This document shows positions 1 to 13,509 of a DNA stretch of 64,000 nucleotides, in pieces. A program made the position numbers and the translations under genes. Below the pieces are notes generated by a model. The model worked only from the letters and a program-made list of their open reading frames with translations, ran no database searches and was not told the DNA's origin. The first letter of the stretch is position 1. Each line of letters starts with the position of its first letter. Source of the stretch: Antechinus flavipes (taxonomy: Eukaryota); the NCBI RefSeq assembly GCF_016432865.1, contig NC_067399.1, forward strand, positions 42,842,001 through 42,906,000, given 5' to 3'.

Positions 1-1096
1 TCTAATTCATACATATTCAGTATACTGTAATGATGTAATTGTACTAAGGTATATAAGAGCTAAGAAGGACTGGAAGAGAGACATTCTATCTTTGACCATC
101 CTCCTGGTGGCTCTCCTGACTCCTGCACTAACATCAAGGCTGATCCCAAGGTATTCCAGAAAACTAGCCCAAATATTACACAAAGCTAGGCAAACAGATT
201 AACAAAAATAGAATAGTCTTATAAGATTATCAGAATCTTTAATCATCAGAATGAATTGAGGCAAGTAACACAGGCAAAGGACAACACAAAATGATTCTTG
301 TTTTTATGCTTGTAAACTAAATTTAAAAGGGCAATTGGAGCATCAGAAAAGAGAAGACTAGTGCTCAGTATACAAAAAGAGGCAGAAGACAGTTCCAGAC
401 CTTTGCAATGGATATTTTTGTTACAGGATATGTTATTTAATATATCATCCTTCCTACAAACAAATGTCTGACCTTAAGTTCATAATCTAATAAAAGAGAC
501 AAGTAGACAAATTTTTATGTGCAAACTATATACATGAAAAAAAGGAAATAACTCAAAGAGGAAAGGCATGAGAATTAAGGGATTGGCAAAGACTCCCTGT
601 CACAGACAGGGTTTTAGTTGGGACTTGAAGAAAGTCAGTAGTTGGAGAAGGAAAGCATTACAGGTCATCGGGACCTGTCTTGCAAAGGTCTTGGAAGACA
701 GGGAAAAAAAAAAAAAAAAGGAAAGGGCTAAGTCAACAAGCACCATGAGACACACCAGGGACATAAATATAAAAACAAGAAGAGTCCCAGCCCTCAAGGA
801 GCTTCCCTTCTACTGGGGTCTATCGTAATAAACAGATCAAGTTAAATATTATAGATAATCTGAGTTTTAAAAGTACTAACAACTCAGAGGCTCAAGAAAG
901 GCTTCCTATAGAAATATCACCTCAGCTGAGCCTGAAAGAAGGTAAAGCTTCTATTGAGAGATATTTTGAAGAATTAAAAAGCCTCTATTAGAGCACCATT
1001 CTACTCTAAAGCAAGTATTTTAAAAAGTTAAAAGCATTAAGTAATATTTAAATCACTCTCCAGAAAAAGCCAAGGTTAATGATATATTTTTACAAA

Positions 1097-1208
1097 TTCC
1101 CTGAATTCCGGAGGATCTGAGTTCAAGTATGGCCTCAGACACTTAATTCCTAGCTGTGTGATCCTGGGCAAGTCACAACTCCAATTGCCTCAGAAAAAAA
1201 AAAAAAAA
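1097..1208 (+). mobile_element. WSINE1-like marsupial CORE-SINE (5'-truncated)
   Basis: ccctgaattccggaggatctgagttcaag...ctagctgtgtgatcctgggcaagtcac...gcctcag followed by an A-tail; near-identical to the copy at 8243-8392. Confidence 0.75.
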
Positions 1209-1392
1209 GACCTAATAGGTATTTTCAATACTCATGGAAGGTTAGGTCTGAAGGAGAGGAAGGGCAAGAAAATAATTGCATTTGTTGATCAGTTACACAA
1301 GGAGAAGATCCTAACCCTAACAAAGGAAAAAAGACAGTTAATAACAACACTTCAGGTATCTGTTAGAATAAAATCTAAAAGGGAAGTCATGT

Positions 1393-2160
1393 TGATGAAG
1401 GGAGCCTGAAACTGAAGGGGGTACCCCAAAACTCTCTGAAAACAATTCTCCTTGAACCCTGCCTCTCTGTGAGACCCGCCCCAAGGAACCAAGAGAAGTG
1501 GTTTATCTTGGTGGGTCTAGTTGAAGTAATCTCACTTAGCTGGACATCTAGATTTCTATTGACCACTATATTACATTGTTGACTCATAATCATTCCCAGT
1601 AAGGAGTCTCATCTAGGACTGGGGGGCAATGACAGCATTGAGGGAATCTCATTTGATTGAAACTTCTCAGATTTCTTTATAAAAACAGAACTTGGGGCTC
1701 AGTCCTTGCAGAGGACTTGCCATGCCACGCCGTGCCATGCTATGCCAAGGAAACCTTTGCCCAATGAAATAATATTCTCTTTCACCATTACCCTCTCTTT
1801 ATCTGCCTTACCTATTTCCTTAACAAGACTTTATATCTCTCTGTTGGGACGTTGCCACTAAGGAATTCAGCCTTTCTATTTATGTATAGCAAAGACTGAC
1901 TTCCTGAGGCCAATAATAAACTCCCTTTTATCGGTCTAGCTTTTCAGGTTCAAAAATTCCTTTACTAAGGAACTTTGCGCTGCCAGAAGGGGGTTCCCAG
2001 AACTCCTTACCTATGTACCAATACTAAGAGTATTTAGGGGAACCAAACCTCTTCATTTGATTCCCTGAACCCCAAACCTGCCACTAACCTCATCATTTAA
2101 CTCCCTGACCACCAGGAACCCTAATCTCATCATTTTGGTTCCCTGAATCTAATCTCATCA
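1393..2160 (+). mobile_element. Solo ERV LTR (768 bp) in DDX19 intron 1
   Basis: Termini TGATGA...TCATCA (perfect 6-bp inverted repeat), 4-bp target-site duplication ATGT (1389-1392 and 2161-2164), internal AATAAA at 1915-1920; related copy on minus at ~31442-32110. Confidence 0.85.
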
Positions 2161-3639
2161 ATGTTGGGAAGACAGGAATAAGCACTAAACTATATACTGA
2201 TGAACTATTGCTGGCAAAAGATATGGCTGAATTTTGGCTATCTTTGTAACTAATCATACAAATAAATTTAAGAGGTAGCCTTTCTAAACTACTACTATTC
2301 TTTACTACAGATGTTTGAGAATACTTATTTTAATACTTATAATTACAATGTTTACAGAGAATGCCTATCCAAATAAATGATATCTTACCATGAATTTCCC
2401 AAATTGCATTTTTTTCAAAAAGTCTAAATCTTCTATCTAAATCCTTTGCAAATACTTATGATTAACAATGTTAGATGTAGCATTTTAATATCTTTTCAAT
2501 AGAAGATATGTTATTTAATATATCATCCTTCCTATTAAACAACAACAACAAAAAACTTGCACCAAGTTATAACAATTAGAATTTAATTTTCAGGTAAAAA
2601 TATACTAATAAATAAAATACATTTTCTAGCATTTTGTAAAGATCCCAGCACAACCCAACCATAGAATGCCCACCTGGTTCTAGGAATTTAGCTTAGATTA
2701 GAACAGATCTCACGATCTCACAGACCCATAAAGCAAAGCCTTCAACTCCTTCCCTAATTCCTTTATTTTCTAACTCTTATTTTCCATCACTAATGATAAT
2801 ATACTGAACTCAAAAAACATAAGGATGAAAGAAGCACGAGTTAACCTCCTATAACTCTCTTTACTTTGACCAAAGAAAAAGAACTAAATGTTACATATCT
2901 CCCTGGAAACATTTTCTACTTCTGGAAATTAACCAGCAAACCCAAACAACAAATTGAAACCTATCACAGTACTATTATCACAACTACAAACTTTCAACTG
3001 GCCTTTATCCAAGCATTTAAATCCTAAAATTCAGAGATCAGTGAAGATCTATATTTTCCTTCTTGTTAAACAACTATTAAAGGAACCTTTAGCGTTAATT
3101 CTAGGGAACTTTCCCAAAGAAAGGCAGAATGGTGCTGGTCTCAGCCAAAAATGAAAGGGTGGCAACCTGAAGCACCCACCTCACTAGCTTTTTCTAAACC
3201 ATATTTCTCCTTTGTCCTAGACGGTACATATTATTCTTAAGTGCCTCGGGTCCTTAGAATGCCCACCCAACCGGAACTGTCCTCAACTAACACTGCTCCT
3301 TTATAGGGCTCTCCTTCCATTAGAGCCTGCAAAATCAAAAGTATCTTATAAACCAGATATTACAGTATTAAATAATAGATGATGGTTTAATCAGTTATCA
3401 GTCCCAAAGGTAATAATGCTTTTCAAATTACATGAGAATTGGTCCCAAATCAGGATTATCTACCCGTTCTCCACTTACAACCAATAACAAACACTTGTCC
3501 AAAAAGAGGTTGGGAGGGGGAAAGGAGAGGGGTTTTAGTATAGATGTGGGCACAGAGGGCAAGCGACCCTACCCATAAAGGGGATGAAATCAAACAATCC
3601 ACAAGTGTCTATCGAGCACCTCCCACGCAGGGATAACAA

Positions 3640-4400
3640 AAACAAAAACGAGTCGGGGCCTGTCCTCAAATACCCTGGAGGAGGGGGCCCGGCCCTGGAG
3701 AACACCGGCCACACCGCGGAGGCCGCCCCCGGGGCCGGGCAGCGCCTCCGAGAGCCCGGGCCTATGGGACATCCCTGCTCCCGCGCTGCTCAGTCCAGCC
3801 GGAGGCGAGGGCCGGAGCCCGGCAGGTCCCAGCCGAGCCCGCCCGCGCCTGCCAGCTGTCAGGGCTCGTTCCTTTTCCCCCGAGGCAGAACAGAAGTAGA
3901 CAAAGACCACTGCGCGATTTCGAGAGCTCCGGCCTCCCGCCGCCTCCCGGCCCCGCTCCCCCCGCTCTCCCGGGGCCCAGGCTCAGTGACAGTAGGGCCA
4001 GCTCACCGACTCGGCCGCCGCCTCCTGCTCGTCCACCGCCAGAGCCCACGAGTCAGTGGCCATGGCCCCGGGCCGGTGGCTCGGGCTGCAAGGATCCGAG
4101 GCTGGCACGGAGGACCCCATGAGCAAAGGCCGAGCGGCGGAGGGCCCGAGCGTCGCTTAGAAGCTGGGCTGGACCAGAGGCCACAGCTTCCTTTCCGGGG
4201 CGTCCAACCCCGCCCCGGTCACTCCAGAGCCCCTCCCGCGGCCCGCCCCCGGTCCGCCTCCTCCAGCGGATCGACATTGAGAGAAACCCGCAGTCCTCTA
4301 GAAAAGGGGTTCCAAGCCCCTAATAATTAGAGAAGGACAGATAAGTCACGGCAACTTTGGTTCCACCTCAAATCTGGCAATGACGCGTATAAACTGCTCT
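3640..4400 (-). promoter_or_regulatory. CpG island / DDX19 promoter
   Basis: Dense CpG, GC boxes (cccgcccc ~4207 and ~4242) upstream of the DDX19 ATG. Confidence 0.75.
4007..4063 (-). CDS. DDX19B: DEAD-box helicase DDX19, coding exon 1 (MATDSWALAVDEQEAAAES); remaining exons lie left of the window
   Basis: ATG at 4063 in GCCATGG context, 57 nt, then donor G|GTGAGC. Peptide matches the DDX19A/B N-terminus as I recall it. Head-to-head with AARS1 as in human 16q22; A versus B is assigned by synteny only. Exon 2 not found in 1-4006. Confidence 0.93.
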
Positions 4401-4817
4401 TCTGGGCCTCAGTTTCCTCATCTGTAAAAGTCAAGAATGTCGAATTTTTTTTAAAAAGTCCAGCAGCACCAGATCTCAAAGTATACTCAAAGAAGGGACT
4501 ATGGCAGCTATTTTGGTGTGTTTTAAAAAGAGAAACTGATCAGTGCGCACAGAAGCAAACGAATACAGTAACATACTCTCTGATAATAAACCCCCAGACT
4601 TCCACATCCCAGGCTAAGAACGAATCCACCAAAAACAATGGGAAAAGTAGAAAGCAATCTAACAGATATTTGGTACAGACCAACCAATCCCAATAGATAC
4701 TTGACTTAGATGTTAGAGTGTTATCTTTAATTAGAGGAGAAAAGGGGAAATACCTTCACCATTGCCAATAAGGAAAGAGTCCAGGATCAAACAAAGGTGA
4801 CATTTTGATTACATAAG

Positions 4818-4856
<39 letters not shown>

Positions 4857-4989
4857 AATACAAGTGAGAGTAAAAGGGTAATAGTCAAGGGGGGGCGGGG
4901 ATGGAAGGGAGAATCCTCACAAGTTTCTCAGATAAAGGCATCCTATCCACAATACATAAAGAACAAACTCAATTTTATTAAAACGAGTC

Positions 4990-5760
4990 ATTCCCTAGTA
5001 GATTAAAGGCAATATATTAATACTTAGTTTTCAAAGGAAAGAATCCAAGCTGTCCACAGACATATAAAAAGATTATCCAACTAATAATTAAAGGGGAAAA
5101 AATTAAAACTACTCTCTCACATTCATCAGATTGGCTAAGACAACTCCACAAAAGGAAAAAAATAATCATTGGAGGTTTGAGGGAAAACAAGCTCATTAAT
5201 ACACTGCCAATGGAGCTGTGCATTGATCCAGGTACTTAAGCAATTTGAAACTATGCTTCAGAAGTCAATGAATTTGGGCATAGTTCCCCAGAGATGCCAC
5301 CACTAGGCATATACTTCAAAGACATCAAGAAAGAGAGAAAGGAATTAGTATATATAAAAAATGTTTACAGAAGCCCTTTTGGTTATAGCAAACTGAAAAC
5401 TAATTGTTGAGCAGCCAAATCAATTATATTTGAATATCACTACATCAAGAGACATGATGAAAGGGACAGTTTTCAGAAAAATCTTGGAATACTTATATGA
5501 ACTAATGTGGAGTGAATGAGCAGAGCTATGATTGGGGATTGTCAGAACAAACTGTGATAAGTAATGGAATATTACTATGCTGAAGAAACTGCAAACATGA
5601 TAAAGATTTATGTGAACTAATACAAAATGAAGAGATGTAAAGTAAACAATACATACTAGGACAGCAATACTGTAAATACAAATAATAATCATTATAATAA
5701 AAAGTGAAAGTTGTGACACTACAAAGAATTATTTCTGTTTTATTGATCATTTTTACAGAT
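4990..5760 (+). mobile_element. Old LINE-1 fragment (ORF2 C-terminus / 3' region)
   Basis: AT-rich decayed L1-like text (atacactgccaatggagctgtg..., gaactaatgtggagtgaatgagcag...). Boundaries approximate. Confidence 0.6.
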
Positions 5761-5799
5761 TTTTGGCTCCTTCCATTTTTCTTTTAAAAAAAATTTCTC

Positions 5800-6150
5800 T
5801 AAGATCCCAAGATGAAAACAATCTCAAATATCACAGCCAATTTCTGAAACTTTCAGGTCAAGGAGAAAATATGACAAAAGCATCCAGAATCAAACAATTC
5901 AAGTATAATGGAGTCACAGTCAGGATTACATAGTATTCCAGGAGAGCAATGGAGCCAGGATTACAACCAAGAGTCACCTACACATCTAACTATAATCTTT
6001 CAGGAGAAAAGATAGATATTCAATTTAATAGAGGACTTTCAAGCATTCATAATAATAATAATAAAAAGATCAGAGCTGAATAGAAAATCAGATTTAAGAA
6101 CTCTGAACTTTGTAATGACTAAACCATGATTCCAGAAGACTGATAATGAA
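5800..6150 (+). mobile_element. LINE-1 ORF1 fragment
   Basis: caattcaagtataatggagtcacagtcaggattaca translates to QFKYNGVTVRIT, resembling marsupial L1 ORF1p; interrupted by stops. Confidence 0.55.
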
Positions 6151-6299
6151 ATCATGAAAAGTGATGGTACTCAAGACTCAGAATAAAAGTTTTTTGGACA
6201 TTGGGAATGTTTTGCTTGACTATGAATATTTTTTGTTACTTTTTTTTCCAATGGGAATGGAGGAGGAGAAGGATCTATGGCTAGAATTTGAAGGAAGGA

Positions 6300-7010
6300 A
6301 CGAAGCAATAAAGGGAGGGAGGGAAGGAAGGAGGGGGGAAGGAGGGGAAAGGAGAGAGGAAGGAGGGGGAAAGGAGAGGAGAAGGAAGGGAGGAGGGGAA
6401 AGAGCGGGGAAGGAGGGGGGAAAGGATGGGGGAAAGGAGAAGGGAGGAGGGGGGAAAGGAGGAAGGAAGGAGAGAGGAAGGAGGGGNNNNNNNNNNNNNN
6501 NNNNNNNNNNNNNNNNNNNNNNNNNNNNNNNNNNNNNNNNNNNNNNNNNNNNNNNNNNNNNNNNNNNNNNNNNNNNNNNNNNNNNNNNNNNNNNNNNNNN
6601 NNNNNNNNNNNNNNNNNNNNNNNNNNNNNNNNNNNNNNNNNNNNNNNNNNNNNNNNNNNNNNNNNNNNNNNNNNNNNNNNNNNNNNNNNNNNNNNNNNNN
6701 NNNNNNNNNNNNNNNNNNNNNNNNNNNNNNNNNNNNNNNNNNNNNNNNNNNNNNNNNNNNNNNNNNNNNNNNNNNNNNNNNNNNNNNNNNNNNNNNNNNN
6801 NNNNNNNNNNNNNNNNNNNNNNNNNNNNNNNNNNNNNNNNNNNNNNNNNNNNNNNNNNNNNNNNNNNNNNNNNNNNNNNNNNNNNNNNNNNNNNNNNNNN
6901 NNNNNNNNNNNNNNNNNNNNNNNNNNNNNNNNNNNNNNNNNNNNNNNNNNNNNNNNNNNNNNNNNNNNNNNNNNNNNNNNNNNNNNNNNNNNNNGAGGAA
7001 AGAAATGGGA
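6300..7010. repeat. Purine-rich (GGA/GAA) low-complexity tract containing an assembly gap (N at 6487-6994)
   Basis: Directly visible; the two X-filled ORFs here are artefacts. Confidence 0.95.
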
Positions 7011-8242
7011 AGAATTAAAAGTTTTTTAAATGCACAAATGGAAAGTCAAAAGTAGAGCAGGTAGCTTTTGAACTTTACATGCTGAATTTAATATACATAT
7101 TTTCCAAAAATGCAGCTTTAAACCATAATTTCTAAAGTATAAATGCTACAAACTTACCAAAAAACCAACAAAATTATTGCCTTGTCTCATTAAACTTATT
7201 CAAAATTCACAAAAGTTTAACAGAAATTTAAATATTTACCTTTCAACTGATTTTTTGTAATTTATAGCATTTATACTTTTGAAGTTAAAGATTAAAGTTT
7301 AAAATATCATTAAAACCTTTAGGATACCTTATATACTTAAAAAGAAAAGTAGTACCAAAACAGAGATTTCTGATTTCATGTACATTATCTTCCATTCTAA
7401 TGGGACTATAGAAATGCTCATTTTATTGAGGGCTTAAGGTTCAGAATTTTTTTTAAAATGTTTTTTCTTAAAAGATTAGCTATTACAAGGTAAAACCATT
7501 TAATCCCAGTTAAACCCTCAGTTCCTTCACCTGTAAAATGAGCTGGAAAAAGGAAATGGCAAACCAACCACTCCAGTATCTCTGCCAAGAAAATCCCAAA
7601 TGGGATCACAAGGAGCAGGACATGACTGAACAACAAAAAGTCTGAAAGGAGCTTACAATTTTTAATATACACTAACACTTTTATAAAATCAAAATACCAA
7701 CCTTCTAAACTTCCCATGTTACTGAGAGTAAACACAGTTGCAAGAACTCTCACTGAATTTGGAATTAAAGAACTTGAGTGCAAATTCCTTAGCTCTGCAT
7801 TTGGAGTTATAGGAACTTGGCTCACTCGGATCTGAACTCTGACTATTATAGACGTCTCAGTCTCTCTGGGCTTCCAATTCCTTATCTGTATAGTGAAAAA
7901 GTGGATCTGGATGATCCTTTAGGTACCTTAAACACCTCGAAGCAGAATTCTTTGTGGCAAATGGCAGGAGGGGAAATGTTACACTATTTTATTCTCTATA
8001 GTTGACAAATCTGCACAACAAATGTTTTCTCTGGTACCTGTTAGAATTACTCTAATAATATCTCTTGTTACTGTGCAGTTCATTCTAATGGAAGTAAAAC
8101 TGAAGAGCAATAATTACCCTCCAACTTTTCCTTCTTCAACTCCACTTTAAATACTTCAACTACCAGAAGATTCAGACTCACCAAAAGAGAAAGGGAGAAC
8201 AAATAGCCCTGCGACTACTCAGCCTCAGAAGAGGGGGAGCCT

Positions 8243-8392
8243 GGGGCAGCTAGGTGGAGAGAGTACCTGCCCTGAATTCCGGAGGACCCGAGTTCAATCT
8301 GGCCTCAGACACTTAACACTGCCTAGCTGTGTGACCCTGGGCAAGTCACTCAACCCCAAATGCCTCAGCCAAAAAAAAAAGAAGAAGAAGAA
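8243..8392 (+). mobile_element. Full-length WSINE1-like CORE-SINE
   Basis: ggggcagctaggtgg head, CORE, A/GAA tail; 15-bp TSD gaagagggggagcct (8228-8242) / gaagagggggaacct (8393-8407). Confidence 0.85.
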
Positions 8393-9739
8393 GAAGAGGG
8401 GGAACCTGGTTTATTTCCTTATTTTTTCCCTCACTGTGTTCAAAATTTTTTTGGTTCTTTTTAATTCCTTTTATTTGTTTTTTCCTCTTTTTAATTCCTT
8501 TTAAACTCAGGTCCTATAATTACTAAACTGTGATTTCATTTTAACTCAGTTTCACAATCTCCAAACGCCCTGGAGATTTGTCAGAATTAAGGATGAGATT
8601 TTTCTTATTCCCCATTGTTGCTTTTTGGGGCACTAAACAACTTGATAGCCAAGCCCTAGTTCAAATTCTATCCCAGACATTTACCAGCCTGTGCAGCCCT
8701 TACCCAGTTAATGACCCTTCAATAAAATGAGATGGCTGGATCCACCGATCCCAGGGATTATTCCATGTCCTCTTCCTTCCTCATCTGAGCAGCTGACTGG
8801 GCCTTGGGAGGGGGGTGGAGGTATGGGGGCTGCCTGAATGGACTAACCACAGGCCTGGGCCTCCTCTTCCTGCTCCATGCCCCCCCAACATTAATCTCCC
8901 CCAACCCCCAACAACACTTACGTCCCCCACCGGCAGGGCCAGAGAGAAGAGGCCCAGGGCACGGCCTCGGGCTCGGCCACTCCTGCCGGCCATGGCCTCC
9001 ACAGCTCCCCCCTGGGCAGTGGCAGTTACAGTAGCTCCAACTGTCACCCTCAGTAGGGCCCAGTTGTGGAGGAGGCTGTCATTGGCTGAGGAGAAGATGG
9101 ATGGATTGGGACAGCCAATCAGGACCAGGGAAGGGCCCTCAAAAGCAGCTGGTCCTTGGGGTAGACATCTTGAGGAGACTTGGCCAGCCTCCCACCTGGG
9201 GGAGCAAGAGAGGCCCATGGGTGGCAGAGCCCAGTCAGACCCCAAAGGCCACCCCCACCCTGCTCCCCAGGGCTGCAGATTCCTTCTCCCCCAGGTGGGG
9301 GCAACCACACTTCTAAACACCTGGAAGCTAGAATCATCATGGGACTAGGCTACCAAGCACCCCTTGCCATTCCCGCTTTGGGGTCTTCGGAAGCCTTTCT
9401 TAAAGCAGTTAGGGAACAGATTACTCCTACTCTAGCTGCCAGTCCAGCCTGAGAGGTGATCCCTTAGCACAAGCCTTCCAAGCTGGGCACGTCAACAAGG
9501 GGAGTATCCCCCATCCTGCTCCTGAAGCAGGAGAGAACCTTTCTTCTGAGACCTGGGTCTTGAACTTAGGCAATACTATGACATCAACTGCCCACAAGGT
9601 TCATAAACAAGGCCTGGTCAGCTCTAGGACACACTTCAAAGGTTTGGGGAAGAACAAGGTCGGGCAGCCAAGCAGGAAAGGAGAGCTGGAGTTCAGAACC
9701 ATTCTCCTCTCTAAGTGAAGCTAATAAGAATCAGCATGA

Positions 9740-10270
9740 GGATGATTTCAGAAAGGCCTGGAGAGACTTGCATGAACTGATGCTGAGTGAAATGAGCAGG
9801 ACCAGGAGATCCTTATATACCTCAACAACAATACTATATGATGATCAATTCTGATGCACGTGGCCCTCTTCAAAAAGGAGATGAACCAAATCAGCTCCAA
9901 TAGAACAGCAATGAATAGAACCAGCTACACCCAGCGAAAGAACTCTGGGAAATGAGTGTGAACCATTACATAGAATTCCCAATCCTTCTATTTTTGCCCA
10001 CCTTCATTTTTGATTTCATTCACAAGTTAATTGTATACTATTTCAAAGTCGGATTTTTTTTGTGCAGCAAAATAACTATATGGGCATATATACATATATT
10101 ATATTTTCTTTAACATATTTAACATGTATTGGTCTGCCTGCCATCTGGGGGAGAGGGTAGAGGGAAGGAGGGGAAAAATTGGAACAAAAGGTTAGGCAAT
10201 TGTCAATGCTGAAAAATTACCCATGCATATATCTTGTAAATAAAAAGCTATAATTAAAAAAAAAAAAAAA
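9740..10270 (+). mobile_element. 5'-truncated LINE-1 (3' end with poly-A)
   Basis: Marsupial L1 3' sequence, AATAAA, poly-A; 14-bp TSD aagaatcagcatga (9726-9739) / aagaatcaacatga (10271-10284). Confidence 0.9.
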
Positions 10271-13200
10271 AAGAATCAACATGAAAAGAACTATCTGCCA
10301 GTTTAACTGACCAGAATCATCTTCCCTAAGAGAAAGGCATAGTATGTTCCAACCAGCCAGTATCTCACTATTTTTAGTGATAGCATACGCATGTGCAAAG
10401 TCAATGAGTGAGGTAGGCCATATCACCCTAAATCAACTCATAACATATTAGTCAACATTAAATTTAGTTATAATTCCTATTAATTTTCTAACTTTTCACA
10501 AGCAATTTTTTTTCCCTTTAGGTGAGTCCGAATCCAGGTTTTGTTTCTTATTAGCTCTATGATCTTATCACCTAATCTTCATTTAGGCTTCAATTTCTTC
10601 ATCTTTAAAATTGAGGTGTCCAACTCACTGCCAAATGGAGCCCCTCCTTAAGTGCTGCAGAAACAAAATTAAACTTGAACAAAAATTTAAAATTTTACAC
10701 GGACTTTGCTCATTTGTTATTTTAGGTCCACATGCAGCCCCAGGGATCCATTTCTAATTGGTTTTGATACCACTGAATCAGACAATTATGACCTCTGGGA
10801 ATCTGCCCCCCAGCTCTTATGAACCACTTATGAAATGAGCCAAGGGGCTGCCAAGTGAAAGTTATCAAAGAACCTGTCCTACACCTGTTTGAAAGGTTTA
10901 GCTTTTGATGAATCATCTGCTCCTAGAAAACACTGGCAGAAAAAAGACTGGCTACTGAGGGCTTTCAGTTTCCCTTCGGGACTACTTTTTTAAACTTAGA
11001 TTCTAAACTGAATTCAACAAGAACTTTCCCCTCCAGCCAGGCTACTAAGTTCCTATGCAAATCCCACCATCCTTCAATTTACATTTAAAGTTCCAATTTA
11101 AGGGGAAAATTTGTTCTCAGTTCCTCTACAGAGACTTCCTTTATCTCTTCACTTCACATTGATTTCCTGAAATGAGAGGCCAAGATGACTTATCAAGTCT
11201 CTTTTAGCTCTGTTTTAGGATTCTATGAATTCTGATAAGACTTATTAGACTTCTTTAAATTTGTTATATACTAATTTGTTTTGTTACTTAGCTACTTTGT
11301 GCATGTAATAATCTATTTACCTAACAAGGTAAACTCCTAGATATCCTACAGAAGTTTAGGAACCAGAGAAGCAGAGCTGCCCTGGGAATGAGGTCCATTT
11401 CCCTGTATCCAAGAGAAGTTATCCAAGGACCAGACAACTTCCTGGTTCAATTGGGACTCAAGACAAAATGTGCTGATTAAATGGACATTGGGAATGAGTT
11501 ACTAGAATAAAAGAGACCATTCATGTAGTTTGAATACATGCCTGCCTAAAAGACTATTTATGAAGAACTCATATAATTATTTTAAGCATTCACTCAGTGG
11601 TCAAAAAAAGCAAAACAAAGATACTCTCAAAGACCTCTCTAAAGAACTTTAGAACTGACTACATGACAGGGGACATTCTGGCACAAGACCATCCAGCATG
11701 GCATGCCCTCATTAGAGAAAAGTGCTGTGCTCTATGAGCAAAGCAGAATTGAATCAGCTCAGAAGAAACAGAAAGAATGTGAATATTTAGAGACTCCACT
11801 CCAAAAGTTCTGTGACTAGTGCGTTCTAAACTCATACCGATTTTTGCAGCCATCATCAGACTGTAACCTGATTCTAACGGAGTGGTCCTTTACCCCCTAA
11901 CTCAAGACCTCAGTTTCTGGTCAGATTCCAAGATTGACATGAATTTTCTTGTAAGTACACATCTCAAATAACCCCTATGTCTTTATCTGAAAACTGAGGC
12001 AGTATTATCAGTTACTGTTTCCATGTTCCTTTGATTGTTTACAGACACCTAGGGGGTAGTAGGACAACTCTTTTTCTGATTTCAGGTCAGCCTATTTGCA
12101 CTCCCTCTCCCAATCTGGAAGGTCTCTAACCTATCCTCCAATTAGAAATCAGATTAGTAATAGTGTATTTTGGTTAACTTCCTTTTAATTAATTGGTCTT
12201 ATTTAATAACTTGTTTTAAAGTATAAAAGTCTGTCTCCCCCTCTACCTGGGATCCAGCCCTCAGGTGAAGAGATCTGGTACAGATCTGTGATGCAATTGC
12301 ATGAATTGCTTAATAAATCAATACTCTCAGTTGATTTAGCTTTTACCCACCATAGTACTGAACTCCCCTCAAGACTAAGTTAACAGTACTCTGTCTCCCA
12401 GAGGAGGCTCCTCCTGATCCCATTCCTCCTCCCCCCACCCTCCATCCCCAGTACTTTGGGTTTATTCTTTATGTATACTGCATTTTTAAAAATCTGCAGA
12501 TAACTCCATTTTCCTCAAATATAAGCTCTACCCCATTACTGGCTCTGAATCTTCTGTGTCTTGGCACAAAACAGTCCCTAATGTTTGTTGACTGCCCCTA
12601 GGCCGGGCGCCTCCTATTTTCTTGGCAGGTTCAACCAAGGCCAAACTGTAACCACGGGGCCTCGGGGCACAATGCCCAGCTCCACCACTGGGCTCAGGGG
12701 CCGCTCTCCCGGCGCGGCCTGCGCGATGCCAGGTTCCTTGGTGCCCACCATGGGCCTTTTCTCTGCAGCTTTTGCCGCTCTTGACCCCACTCTCTTTCTG
12801 GAGCCGCAGGCCCCCCCACTGACTGCGGGCACCACCCCCCGCCCGGACCCCGCCCGGGAGCCTCACTTCTCTCCCTGTGGATTACTCCCACCACTCGGCA
12901 TCCAGCCCTCACCTCTCTCCTAAGTGAGTCAGCATTTTCAGCCACGGCTCCTCGAAGAACCCTCTCCTGCACTCCGGCCCACTGTCCCCATGTGGCCACC
13001 TTCTGCCGTCCAGCCTCGCTGCTCTGGGCTCCCTGCATCAGTCCTACTCTGCGGCCGCCGGAGCGGTATCTCCAGCCTCGGGGCCTTGTCCCTTGCTGCC
13101 TCCCGGGCCTGGCGTGCTCCTGCTCCCGACCCGGCTCCCTCTCCTCTCTGGGGCTCCCCTGCATGCCCTACGTTTGGGCCCTTTCTTGAGGGCACCGGCC

Positions 13201-13509
13201 TGCAGACACCGAGAGATTTGGGGGAGCAGACACGGCCTATATCCACAGCCCCGTCTCCCAGGGCCCTGACACTTGTCTCTGGCCAGCCGGGGCCTTCCCC
13301 CACCTGGGCCTCAAGGCCTGGCTCGAGGCCTCAAACTGGCACCCTTTCCACAGACCCAGCTCAGGGTCTTTATCCGTTGCCTCTCGCCAACGTCCCCAAA
13401 GCATGACCACGCAAAGTCAGGACAGCGGTATTCTGGCCAGTCACTGGACTTGGAGCACCAGTGTCCAGCATCGAATGAGGTCAAAGCTCTGGCCGTCTCA
13501 TCTCTCGGC

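Noticed and set aside
3584-4330. 248-aa and other long ORFs over the DDX19 CpG island
   Set aside because: Low-complexity Pro/Arg/Gly/Ala frames expected from stop-poor GC-rich DNA; the real coding signal is the 57-nt exon.
6161-7055. 285-aa and 209-aa ORFs
   Set aside because: They run through a purine repeat and the N gap.
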